From positions 24,353 to 88,352 of the forward strand of contig CAZIIU010000003.1 of NCBI GenBank assembly GCA_964539395.1: DNA of 64,000 bases, in the 5' to 3' direction. The translations under genes and the position numbers were made by a program. The stretch comes from an uncultured Bacteroidaceae bacterium. Its GTDB lineage: Bacteria > Bacteroidota > Bacteroidia > Bacteroidales > GCA-2748055. Below, in pieces: positions 51,437-61,600 of the stretch. The number at the start of each line of letters is the position of its first letter. Position 1 is the first letter of the stretch. The notes under the pieces were generated by a model, which saw only the letters and a list, made by a program, of their open reading frames with translations, was not told where the DNA came from and did no database searches.

Positions 51437-53307
51437 ACCTTATGCCGGTAAAACAGAACATATTGATTTCACTTTTGATTGGTACAACAGTATTCCTTCA
51501 TGCACAGGATTCCGAATTTGTTGCTACCGCACCTGCAACCGTGCAGGCGGGTCAGCAATTTCAATATACCATTGAGGGAAAAGAAAAAGGGGATATCGAG
51601 TTACCGGTACTGGAGCATTTCGACTACCTGGCCGGACCATATATCAATATTTCTTCCTCAACACAATGGATCAATGGTAAGATGTCGGCAAAAACCACCG
51701 CTTCATACACTTACATCCTAAGGGGAAACAGTCCGGGCGATTATACCATCTCCCCTGCAAAGGTAAAGGTGAAACGAGAAACATATGAGACCAATTCTGT
51801 TCAGGTTACTGTAGTTGGGTCCGCTTCACCTTCCGGAGGTTTATCATCAGGGAACCCTTCCGGGGGACAGTCTCAGCAGACTTCCCAACCCGGAGAAGCA
51901 GGGACCGGACAGTTATCAGAACAGCCTGTATTCCTCAGGGTGCTGCCATCAAAAACCTCTGTCTATGTCGGCGAACAGTTTGTTTCTGAGTTAAAGGTAT
52001 ATACAAGGGTTAATACAAGACCCTCAGGGGGACTTAAGGAGGTACCCTATGAGGGATTTTTCAAGCATTCAATTGAAGCTGACCAGGTCACTTCGAGGGA
52101 AAATATCGGGGGAAAGGATCATGTAACCCAGGTGCTGCAAAGGCACGTACTGATACCCCAAAAATCAGGCAGGATGGTCATTGAGCCTTTTATGTCCGAG
52201 TGGACCGTTCCACAGCGGGTAACAACGCAGCGTCCCCGAAGCCCTTTTGACGACTTTTTCAATGATCCCTTCTTCGACAGGGTCCAGGAAGTACCGGTGA
52301 AAATTTCTACCCGACCCGTTACAATCAACGTTAAACCACTGCCTGATGGTGCACCATCAGGTTTTACCGGTGGTGTTGGTGATCTGAATATGACAGCAAA
52401 GTTGTCATCCGACAAAGTTAAAGTGAACGATGCCATCAGCCTGTCAGTTATAGTTTCAGGAACCGGTAACATATCCCTGATCGGGGCCCCGAATATCAGC
52501 TTCCCTCCGAATCATGATGTCTATGAGACGACCAAATCTTTGAAAATAAACACTTCAGGTAACAGGGTTTCCGGCTCGGTTACCTTTGAATACCCAATTG
52601 TCGTACGCCATGCCGGCAATTTCAGGATTGCACCTGTTAATTTTTCCTGGTTTGACCCGGTGCAGGAGAGGTACAGGACCATCACAACAGATGAATTTAA
52701 CTTTACGGTTGAGAAGGGCGAAGGTATGGACCAGGGGGGCCAGGTTTATTTGCCGGGTATAAGGGGTGATGCAGTGCAGGATATCGGAACCGATATTCTT
52801 GATATCAAACGTTCGGTTCCGGTATTCACACCGATTGGCAGATCGCCCATCGGGAGCATTACCTATTGGATATTGTATGTACTGTTCTTTATTCTCTTCC
52901 TTCTGATTATGTTCATCCTTCATCTTCATTACAAGCGAAGGGCCGATATGCGGCTAGTCAGAAACAGAAAAGCCAGTAAAATGGCACGGAGCAGACTTCG
53001 CCTTGCAGAGAAAGCCAGAAAAGCGAATGACGCGGAAAAGTTTTTCGAAGAGATTGAAAAAGCGATCTGGGGATACCTCGCAGATAAACTTGGAATTGAA
53101 TTGTCTGCATTATCGCGTGACACCGTTTCTGCACTTCTTGCAGGAACCGGCGTACCAGAAGAGTTGAAGGAGGAGGTAGTAAGAATTATTGATGAATGTG
53201 AGTTTTCAAGGTATGCACCCTCTCCCGGGAAAACCGATATGCCCGCACTCTACAGAGACGGGGTTAAATTATTGAACAACCTGGAACATAATATTCGTGT
53301 ACGATGA
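51430..53307 (+). CDS. batD: BatD-like oxygen-tolerance protein
   Basis: The protein is 625 aa with a signal peptide, repeated beta-rich extracytoplasmic modules, one TM helix near residue 490 and a cytoplasmic helical tail. Confidence 0.75.
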   Translation: MVDLMPVKQNILISLLIGTTVFLHAQDSEFVATAPATVQAGQQFQYTIEGKEKGDIELPVLEHFDYLAGPYINISSSTQWINGKMSAKTTASYTYILRGNSPGDYTISPAKVKVKRETYETNSVQVTVVGSASPSGGLSSGNPSGGQSQQTSQPGEAGTGQLSEQPVFLRVLPSKTSVYVGEQFVSELKVYTRVNTRPSGGLKEVPYEGFFKHSIEADQVTSRENIGGKDHVTQVLQRHVLIPQKSGRMVIEPFMSEWTVPQRVTTQRPRSPFDDFFNDPFFDRVQEVPVKISTRPVTINVKPLPDGAPSGFTGGVGDLNMTAKLSSDKVKVNDAISLSVIVSGTGNISLIGAPNISFPPNHDVYETTKSLKINTSGNRVSGSVTFEYPIVVRHAGNFRIAPVNFSWFDPVQERYRTITTDEFNFTVEKGEGMDQGGQVYLPGIRGDAVQDIGTDILDIKRSVPVFTPIGRSPIGSITYWILYVLFFILFLLIMFILHLHYKRRADMRLVRNRKASKMARSRLRLAEKARKANDAEKFFEEIEKAIWGYLADKLGIELSALSRDTVSALLAGTGVPEELKEEVVRIIDECEFSRYAPSPGKTDMPALYRDGVKLLNNLEHNIRVR

Positions 53308-54059
53308 GGCAATTCATTTCAATATCCCTGGTTTTAATTCCAATAGCGCTGTTTGGAGCCGAAAATACAGACTCGCTATACATCAGTGCAGGAAAAGCAT
53401 ATACGGAAGGCGGGTTTGAAGAGGCGATGGAAACTTACAACGGTTTGGTTGAACTTGGAGTTGAATCGCCCGATCTTTATTATAACATGGGGAATGCCGC
53501 ATTCAGGTCAAATGAACTTGGATTTGCAGTTCTCTATTATGAAAAAGCCCTGAAGCTGGATCCATCACATGAGGAGGCCCTCAGGAACCTGGCATATGTT
53601 TCAAGGTATAAAGTGGATCAGCTGGAAAGCGTTCCTGAATTATTTATCCGTGGATGGATCAGGCATTTGTATCAATTATTTTCCCTGCATGCGTGGAGTT
53701 ATATTGCACTGGTAATGTTTGGGCTGGTACTATCCGGTATTCTGGCATATGTTTTTTCTTCATTCATGGTGGTTAAAAAGACAGGCTTTTTTGTCGGACT
53801 GACGGCGTTTATCTTATTTGTTCTTTCACTCACTGCTGCTTCCAACAGGCACTCAGAGCTTTTGGCTCCCGACAGGGCTGTGATCATTCATCCCTCGGTG
53901 GTGGTGAAAAGCACACCCAGCCTTTCGGGTACAGATCTGTTTGTATTGCACGAAGGAACAAAAGTGAAAACCAATGATCGTGTCAACGGTTGGTTGGAAA
54001 TCTCGATCAGCGACGGAAGGGTAGGGTGGATTCCTGTTGAATCTCTGGCTGTTATCTGA
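53304..54059 (+). CDS. batE: BatE-like TPR/SH3 protein
   Basis: TPR units and TM helices are followed by a C-terminal SH3b-like segment (NGWLEISISDGRVGWIPVESL). Confidence 0.7.
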   Translation: MRQFISISLVLIPIALFGAENTDSLYISAGKAYTEGGFEEAMETYNGLVELGVESPDLYYNMGNAAFRSNELGFAVLYYEKALKLDPSHEEALRNLAYVSRYKVDQLESVPELFIRGWIRHLYQLFSLHAWSYIALVMFGLVLSGILAYVFSSFMVVKKTGFFVGLTAFILFVLSLTAASNRHSELLAPDRAVIIHPSVVVKSTPSLSGTDLFVLHEGTKVKTNDRVNGWLEISISDGRVGWIPVESLAVI

Positions 54060-54339
54060 TAGTGAAACCCTGATGGCCCTTTACTTCTCCCGGGTAAACC
54101 TGTAAGCCATCGACCCTCGCCATAGCCGGACCTGTATTGCACCAATTGATCATTGCATCCAGCTTTGCCGGGGGACCTTCAATTTCAAGATAGACAGAAC
54201 CGTTCGGCCTGTTTTTTACAACCCCTGTTATTCCGAGTCTGAGGGCTTCATTTTGTGCTGTATACCTGAAACCAACACCCTGTACCCGCCCGGTTACCTC
54301 CAGTTTATAATGAGCTGTTTCATGGTTTTTCTCCATCAT
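54052..54339 (-). CDS. acyP: Acylphosphatase
   Basis: VTGRVQGVGFRYTA and GVVKNRPNGSVYLEIEG are canonical acylphosphatase motifs. Confidence 0.9.
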   Translation of the reverse strand: MMEKNHETAHYKLEVTGRVQGVGFRYTAQNEALRLGITGVVKNRPNGSVYLEIEGPPAKLDAMINWCNTGPAMARVDGLQVYPGEVKGHQGFTIR

Positions 54340-54485
54340 TCCCGAACTATTTTATGCTAAAATTGTTTAATGATATATATTTTTAATTAAACATTTATGT
54401 AGATCAAATACAGTGTATGATCGGATAATTAATCCTCACGGATAATAAGGTCTGTAAATGATATACGGTTCAAAAATACAAAACG

Positions 54486-55025
54486 ATGAGAACATACATT
54501 TTATTAACCGTCCTGTTTTTTAAAACGATTACAATGATGAATGCTCAAACCACATTTCATGATTTCACAGTGCTGGACATCAATGGAAATGAATATCCGC
54601 TTGCACAATTGAAGGGAAAGAAAGTCCTTGTTGTGAACACAGCTTCTAAATGCGGGCTTACACCACAGTATGATGCACTACAATCACTCTACGAGAATTA
54701 CGGGGGTAGTGATTTTGTGATCATAGGCTTTCCTGCCAATAATTTCATGAATCAGGAGCCCGGTACCAATGAGGAGATTGCTGACTTTTGCGAGGTGAAT
54801 TATGGGGTTACATTTCCGATGATGGGTAAAATATCTGTTAAGGGCAGTGACCAGCATCCTTTGTACAAATGGCTCACCAGCAAGGAAGAGAATGGAAAAG
54901 AGAGCAGCAGTGTATCCTGGAACTTTCAAAAGTACATGATCGATGAAGAGGGACGGCTCGTCGGACATTTCAGTCCGAGAACGAAACCGGACCATGAAAA
55001 GATAGTTTCCTGGATCAACGAATAA
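54486..55025 (+). CDS. Glutathione peroxidase
   Basis: The catalytic Cys lies in VVNTASKCGLTPQY. The FPANNF and WNFQKY motifs are present, and there is an N-terminal signal-like segment. Confidence 0.9.
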   Translation: MRTYILLTVLFFKTITMMNAQTTFHDFTVLDINGNEYPLAQLKGKKVLVVNTASKCGLTPQYDALQSLYENYGGSDFVIIGFPANNFMNQEPGTNEEIADFCEVNYGVTFPMMGKISVKGSDQHPLYKWLTSKEENGKESSSVSWNFQKYMIDEEGRLVGHFSPRTKPDHEKIVSWINE

Positions 55026-55030
55026 GAAAA

Positions 55031-55124
55031 TCCAGTCCGGACATGATATTCTTTCAGTCCGGACCCGATTTAGTCCGGATCCGAATTTCTTTCAGTCCGG
55101 ACCCGATTTTCTTTCAGTCTGCCC
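55031..55124. repeat. Short tandem repeat array built on the palindrome GTCCGGAC
   Basis: TTCTTTCAGTCCGGACCCGATT is perfect at 55049-55070 and 55087-55108. Degenerate copies lie at 55031, 55071 and 55109. The array sits between convergent gene ends. Confidence 0.85.
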
Positions 55125-55245
55125 ACGAGGAAATTAATATACTCTTCCCTGGATTCTTTATTGCTGAACCACTCTTAACAGTACAGGGATTTTCGAAAGC
55201 CTCAGCCTGATCGTCATGCCTCTGTTTTTGTCCTGTTAAGCGCAA

Positions 55246-57504
55246 TCAAACATGTATCAGCAGGGTGTATATCCGTTCAGCTCCGGATTCGGTTTTAATA
55301 ATTGACACAACAGCCTCTTTGTCGGAAGTGCCTTTAACAGAGAGTAAGACCTTCTTTCTCCTTGCTTCGATAAAAGGTTTGCCCTGATCGACAAATGCCT
55401 GAATGACCGGATCATTTTGATCATTAGGAAGGAGGTTGATAATCTGACTGTTCAGGACCTTTTTTGCTGAAGCTTTAAAAAAGTCCTCAGATGCCTGGTT
55501 ACAGACTAAAATAAAGCCCTGGTTGTTGATGCTGATAACCGGCAATGGAAGAAGATTGATCATACTACCGAACGAAGCACGCTCTGATTCAATTGCGCTT
55601 ATTTCTTCGGTCCTGCGCTGTTCCAGTTCCTCTATCTTCCTTTTTAAGTCAAGATTATGGATCTGTACCTCTTCCTCCCTCTCCCGGAGCTTTTCGCTTT
55701 GCAAACGCATGGAATCCTCAAGTTCCCTCTCTTTTGTAACCTCAAAACCAAGAAAGAGGATTTTGCTTACTTCACCGTTCAGGTCGGTCATGGAAGATAC
55801 TATCGCCCTGAACCAGACCTCCTCCTCAAATTTGCCCATCAGGTCTATCTGCCCCTGAAAAGCTTTCCCGGAGATAACCTGTTCCCATATTTCATTAAAG
55901 CGTTCCTGCCCGGACCGGGCAACAAAATCAAAGATATTTTTCTCTGCTATCTCCTCGGAATGATATTTAAGTGTTGACTCAAACAGTTCGTTCCAGCTCA
56001 GAAGTTTGCCGTCGGGACTGAATTCTGCTTTATGGTTCAACTTATTAACGGCACTGATCTCCTCCTCATAGGCCAACCCTTTCTCTTTCTGAAGGGTAGA
56101 ATCGAAGGCCAGGAAAAGCACCTTATCAATCGCACCATCGTCCTTTCTCACACAGGTAAATGCAGCCATAATCCACAGATCCTGTCCCATTTTTGTAACA
56201 TGCCGCATCAAGCCTTCAAAATGCTCACCTCCCTCCGATAACCTGTTCCAGACTCCTGAGAACCATTCCCGATCCGATGCATGGATAAACAATGAAACAT
56301 GCTTGCCCTCTACTTCCCTGTTGCCCGAGTAGCCCAGTTTTTTCAGGAACCTGGTATTGGCGTAGATCAGCCCGCCTTCAGTATTATATTCCGCCCTGAT
56401 GAGCGTATGGTTCACCGTGTTGGTAAAGCTTACAAATTGTTCAGCCTGTTGTGCCGCCTCAGCCTGGGTTTGTTTTAATTCATTCATGTTTTGCCGCACT
56501 TTCTCCTCCTGAACGGATAGTTGCGCCGCCTGTTCCAGGGTCTCCTTTAGAAGCTGCTCTGTCCTGAGATTATTATATAGTGTATTTAGTGTTGTAGCTG
56601 TATTTTCAGCCACACGCTCGACCAGTTGGATCTGAAAATCTTCGAATTTCCTGAATGATGCCAGTTCAAACACTCCGAATACATCATCGTTCAGTACCAG
56701 TGGGACAATGAGCAGGTAACGGGGATTGGCCCTTCCAAGTCCCGATGTAATCGTAAGATAATCCTCAGGTAATCTGTCAGTGTAATAACTCTTCTTTTCA
56801 ATTGCAACTGCACCTATTAATCCCTCACCCCAGGCAATCCTTCTTTCAGGGTACTTCTTTCTGTCGTATGCATGACAACCAATCATCTCCAGTGTCTTCT
56901 CCCCGTTATCCTCAGTGATAACAAAAAAGCCCCCCTGGTTGATGTCGAGATACCTAACCAGGTGAGAAATAACAGCATAACCCAATGAGTCCCGGTCGGA
57001 TGAATGGGTTCGCAGCACATCTCCAAACTCGGCCAGCCCCTGGGATGTCCAGTTGCGCTGCTTGTCCTCCTCGCGCGACTTTAATTCGGATTGCCTGTTC
57101 TCCTTCAGCCTCGATTGCAGGTTGCTAAGGCTCTCAATAATCTCAGCATCTGTTTCGTTATGTGTGAGAGGTGCACTCAGGTTTCCTTTTGCGAGATTTT
57201 GTATGGCTGACTTAATAAAACTATTGACCGAAGATTCAACAGACTCCTTTATTCTGATCTTTTCAAGTAGTTTTTGAATGGTCTGTGAAAGCCTGTAACC
57301 AGCTAACAATCCTGCAAGAGGGATTGCATCAGCAAAATAAAGTATAGGATGATTCTGGTGCAACTGAACCAGGAGATTGAAAGTGAAACTTTCATCCCTC
57401 ACCCGGATGATTAATAAATAGAGGAACAGAACAATAAACAACCCGGTAACAAAACCGATGAGAATATAGACCGTTGACAAATCGTTATGTTTGGTTCTTT
57501 TCAT
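55246..57504 (-). CDS. Membrane-anchored GAF plus multi-PAS sensor protein with no recognisable output domain
   Basis: It has two N-terminal TM helices, a coiled coil, a GAF-like region (residues ~180-330) and 3-4 PAS-like modules reaching the C-terminus. I saw no H-box or HATPase motifs. Confidence 0.7.
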   Translation of the reverse strand: MKRTKHNDLSTVYILIGFVTGLFIVLFLYLLIIRVRDESFTFNLLVQLHQNHPILYFADAIPLAGLLAGYRLSQTIQKLLEKIRIKESVESSVNSFIKSAIQNLAKGNLSAPLTHNETDAEIIESLSNLQSRLKENRQSELKSREEDKQRNWTSQGLAEFGDVLRTHSSDRDSLGYAVISHLVRYLDINQGGFFVITEDNGEKTLEMIGCHAYDRKKYPERRIAWGEGLIGAVAIEKKSYYTDRLPEDYLTITSGLGRANPRYLLIVPLVLNDDVFGVFELASFRKFEDFQIQLVERVAENTATTLNTLYNNLRTEQLLKETLEQAAQLSVQEEKVRQNMNELKQTQAEAAQQAEQFVSFTNTVNHTLIRAEYNTEGGLIYANTRFLKKLGYSGNREVEGKHVSLFIHASDREWFSGVWNRLSEGGEHFEGLMRHVTKMGQDLWIMAAFTCVRKDDGAIDKVLFLAFDSTLQKEKGLAYEEEISAVNKLNHKAEFSPDGKLLSWNELFESTLKYHSEEIAEKNIFDFVARSGQERFNEIWEQVISGKAFQGQIDLMGKFEEEVWFRAIVSSMTDLNGEVSKILFLGFEVTKERELEDSMRLQSEKLREREEEVQIHNLDLKRKIEELEQRRTEEISAIESERASFGSMINLLPLPVISINNQGFILVCNQASEDFFKASAKKVLNSQIINLLPNDQNDPVIQAFVDQGKPFIEARRKKVLLSVKGTSDKEAVVSIIKTESGAERIYTLLIHV

Positions 57505-57628
57505 AACCCCCGCAAATGCATCTAAAATTAATCATTTTTCCTGTTTAGACCAGCGTGTTGATAAATAATGAGTGTTACAGGGAATCAATGCTGCATATTC
57601 AGTGTTATATTGCAGTATATTCAAAGCG

Positions 57629-58012
57629 ATGGAATCAATTCGCATACTCGTAGCAGATGATATTGCCGCAAACAGGTACCTCTTATCAGAGCTGATAAAG
57701 TCAACCGGCAATGAAGCGGTGTTGGCAGAAAATGGTGAAGAAGTCATTAAAGTGCTGAAAGAAAAATCCGTTCAGCTTATTTTAATGGATATAGAAATGC
57801 CGGTAATGAATGGGTTAGAAACGACCCGTTTTATCAGGAATGAGATGGGATATCCCCTGAATATCATTCCAATTATTGCATTGACGGCGCATAATCCTGA
57901 AACTTTTTTTGAAGATTATGCGGGTGCGGGTTTCGATGAGCTTATCACAAAACCCTATTCAGTTGAGAAGATCAGGGAGAAGATAAATTCTATTGTTCAT
58001 GGCGCCGGGTAA
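57629..58012 (+). CDS. Stand-alone response-regulator receiver domain (CheY-like)
   Basis: The motifs ILVADD, the phospho-acceptor in LILMDIEMP, ALTA and KP are present. The protein is 127 aa from the ATG at 57629. It is divergent from the sensor gene. Confidence 0.85.
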   Translation: MESIRILVADDIAANRYLLSELIKSTGNEAVLAENGEEVIKVLKEKSVQLILMDIEMPVMNGLETTRFIRNEMGYPLNIIPIIALTAHNPETFFEDYAGAGFDELITKPYSVEKIREKINSIVHGAG

Positions 58013-58158
58013 ACATTTTTATACAAGTCAACCTGTAATACTCCTGATGATTGGAACTGGGTGGTGATCCCGGTTTAATAAGTTTTCCTACAATTTAACA
58101 AGTGTCAAATATTACATTCATATAAATTATAATATGAATATAGTCTCGAATAGACTTG

Positions 58159-58695
58159 TTACTTATAAACCAAATCAGAAATAGACGACAAGTACTTTTC
58201 ATCGACAGCATCAAACTGATCTGTTACGACAGCGTCGACATCAAGGACAGATCGGATTGTGCCGTTTTTATCTTTAACAGGCAGGGCTATTTCGGACTTT
58301 GACCGGGAATCGCACGCGATGTGGCCGGGAAATTGCATGACATCGGGTACAATTACCGCTGAATCCCTTGTTATTGCGGACCAGCAAACACCTTTACCTT
58401 TCTCAAGCTCCTGGCAGGCTACAGGTCCCTGGTATGGTCCGACGATCAGTCTGCCATCCTCAAGCAGGTAAAAGCCTGTCCAGAAAAAATACTCCATCTT
58501 ATGATGCAGCACCGCTGCAATTGTGGCCATCCGGGAAAGGGGAGTGCCCGGTTTGCTGCACAGCTCCTCCAGCTGCACATAGATTCTGCGGTACCGCCCC
58601 TCTTTTTTAATCGTCCCCTGTTTATTTTTCAGCAAGATTATCGAGAATTTTAAGTTTCTCCTCAAGAAGTTTAACCTTTTTCTCGAGTTCAGCAT
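58159..58695 (-). CDS. GAF-domain protein, free methionine-(R)-sulfoxide reductase-like (MsrC/YebR family)
   Basis: WTGFYLLEDGRLIVGPYQGPVAC..GKGVCW..GHIACDSRSKSEIALP aligns with YebR. The ORF start at 58695 overlaps the upstream gene by 74 nt. A TTG at 58635 would give a more typical 158 aa. Confidence 0.8.
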   Translation of the reverse strand: MLNSRKRLNFLRRNLKFSIILLKNKQGTIKKEGRYRRIYVQLEELCSKPGTPLSRMATIAAVLHHKMEYFFWTGFYLLEDGRLIVGPYQGPVACQELEKGKGVCWSAITRDSAVIVPDVMQFPGHIACDSRSKSEIALPVKDKNGTIRSVLDVDAVVTDQFDAVDEKYLSSISDLVYK

Positions 58696-61600
58696 ATTTC
58701 TCCTTCTCAGCTTTCAGTTGCTCGATTTCGGTTTGCTGCTCTTTGAAAGCCTGTACGAGAACGGCTGTGATCTTAGCGTAGTCCACACTTTTGTACCCGT
58801 CTTCACCGGTAGTTACTAACTCCGGAATTACGCGTTCCACTTCCTGGGCAATAAATCCGATTTGCCGGTTATCGTTAAACCGGTTGTTAGCTCCAAACTG
58901 ATCCGGTTTCCAGTTGAAGTAAACACCATTTAATGCTTCAACCAGGGAAATGGCATTTTTAATCGAAAGTATATCCCGCTTATAACGTACGTCAGAAGTA
59001 TAGCCGTACGAATCAGCAGCTACAGCAGCATTGAATCTAAGTGTATTTGCAGAAAAATTACCGTAAATCAATGCGTTGTTGTAGTTATCCGTCCCGGTAT
59101 AATTGTTTGAAACAATCAATCTGTGGTCATTTACATCAGGTTCATTATATCCGGCATAACGTCCAATAAAAACATTGTAGTCTCCTGTACATGCCCTTCC
59201 TGCTGCAAGCCCCACATAAACATTATTTGAACCAGATCCACTGTAATAACCAGACTCAGCTCCGAGAAATGTATTGTTGCTGCCAGTGTTGTTAGCTCCT
59301 GCAGAGTATCCTAAATAGGCCTGATTAACTCCACTTGTATTACTGGATCCTGCAAGATAACCAACCATGGTATTGTATCCGCCAGTGGTATTCTGCCCTG
59401 ATCTGTAACCAACAAAGGTATTATAATAGGCAGATTGATTGGACGTTCCGGAACTTGGTCCGATGTAAACATTATACTGACCTGTTGTTGTGCTGTTTCC
59501 GGCCAAATTACCTATTCCAATATTGTTGCTTCCCGTTGTGTTATTTGACCCTGCCTCCACCCCGATGTATACGTTATCGCTTCCGGAAGCTGAAGTTCCG
59601 GAAAAACCTGCTCTGTAACCCAGGTAAGTGTTTCTCATACCGGTTGTACTGTTAAATCCTGAATAATACCCAAAAAAGGAATTATTGCTTCCGGTGGTGT
59701 TTCTGAAGCCGCAATTGGGACCAAAAAATGAGTTATTCTCACCGGTAGTATTATAATAGCCTGCCTGAAATCCATAGAAAGAGTTCCATTTTCCTTCAGT
59801 ATTGTATCGTCCGGTTCTATAACCAAAAAAGGAATTATAGGTTCCTGTTGTATTATTCTCACCACTTAAATACCCGACAAATGCATTGTACTGTCCGGTT
59901 GTATTTGCATTTCCACTGCTTGTCCCAATAAAAACATTCCTGTATCCAGTAGTATTGCTGCTTCCGGCACTATTACCTATAAACACATTAGCATATCCGG
60001 AGATATTTGCAACCCCGGTATTATCACCTATAAATACGTTGTTGCTGCCTGATGCATTATTTCCTGAATACCCGGCATTGTAACCAATGTATGTATTGTA
60101 CTGTCCGGTCCTGTTGTTGTGACCGGTCTGATATCCGATAAAGGTATTGTATGAAGGATCGCCGGTTACGCCATTGCCGGCATGATAGCCGCTCCTGTAT
60201 CCAAAATAAATGTTATAGCTGCCGTCGGCCGTATTATTACCACTTGCATTACCCAGAAAGATATTATTTACACCTGAAGTGTTACTGTAACCGGCACTTA
60301 ATCCTATAAAAACATTGTTACCACCGGATGTATTTCTGTAACCTGAAGTAGATCCCATGAAAATATTCTCACTGCCTGTCAGCCCGGTTTCACCGCCAAA
60401 TCCTGCTCTCCATCCCAAAGCAAGGTTGTTTTTTCCGGTGGTGGTATTGTATCCCGACTGGTATCCGAAGAATGAATTGTAAAAGGTGGCGTTCCTGTAC
60501 CCGGCCTGGTAACCCACAAAGGTGTTATAATAGCCTGAAGTACTTTGAAAACCCGCCTGGTTACCGATATATACATTACCATACCCGCTTGTGGTGCTGT
60601 ACCCGCTAGAGTTGCCGATAAATGTGTTCTCATTGGCGTCTAAATTAGAGTATCCCGCGAATCGCCCCAGAAAGATATTTTCGCTCCCGGTGGTGTTGCT
60701 GATCCCTGCCTGGTAGCCGATAAATGAATTGTACAATCCCCTGGTAATATTTGCACCTGCATCCTGACCGATCAGGTAGTTTTCGGGGGTGAGTGACATC
60801 AGTTGACTGATCTCCGATTTGGTTCCTGAACTAAAACCGCCAACAGCAAAGCCGCCCTTCACCCCTTTCTCAAGGCTGGTTGTGTCGAACAGGATACTGG
60901 TCTCCTTACTGCTTACCTCCAGGAAATTAAAAGTCGGTCCTTTCGAAGTTGAACTGTACCCACCAACAGCAAAGCCTCCTTTCACTCCCTTCGTTGCAGG
61001 GACGTCCGGAACGTAAATACGGACACTGTCAGGTGTAATCCGCAGATACTCCTGTGTTACTCCCTTACTAACACTGTTGTAACCACCAACTGCAAAGCCT
61101 CCCTTTACCCCCTTCTTATCCTCATCCACATATACCATTACGCCATCATTAAACACAGCAAATACCGGGTTCCCAAGGTCATTTCTCACCTCGAACAGTG
61201 GAGTCTCAGTCTGTTCGGATTTTGGAATTATTCCAACCGTACGTGCTGTAACAGCGTTTTCACCTTCAACTTCCCATCCGCTTATGTTCCTGATTCTGTT
61301 GTCAATGTTTATGGTCGTATGGCCAGGATCCTTTGAAAGCCCCAAAATACCGTCGTTAAATATAAGCTCCTGTATCTCATCGGCTGGATCGCTGTTTGCG
61401 GCCTGTAGTGCAAATGGAACCGATACCAGCTCACTGAAGCCCATAGCAGTAAAACCATCGCCTGCATCAACTTCCACCCCCATTTCATACACACCTGAAC
61501 TCCAGTCAATGCCTTCGAAGGAGCCTGCACTTCCAGTGCCATTGATGGCTCCGGGCTCACCCACCTGCAGAGCAAAATGGCCGAGAGAATTAGTGTTAAC

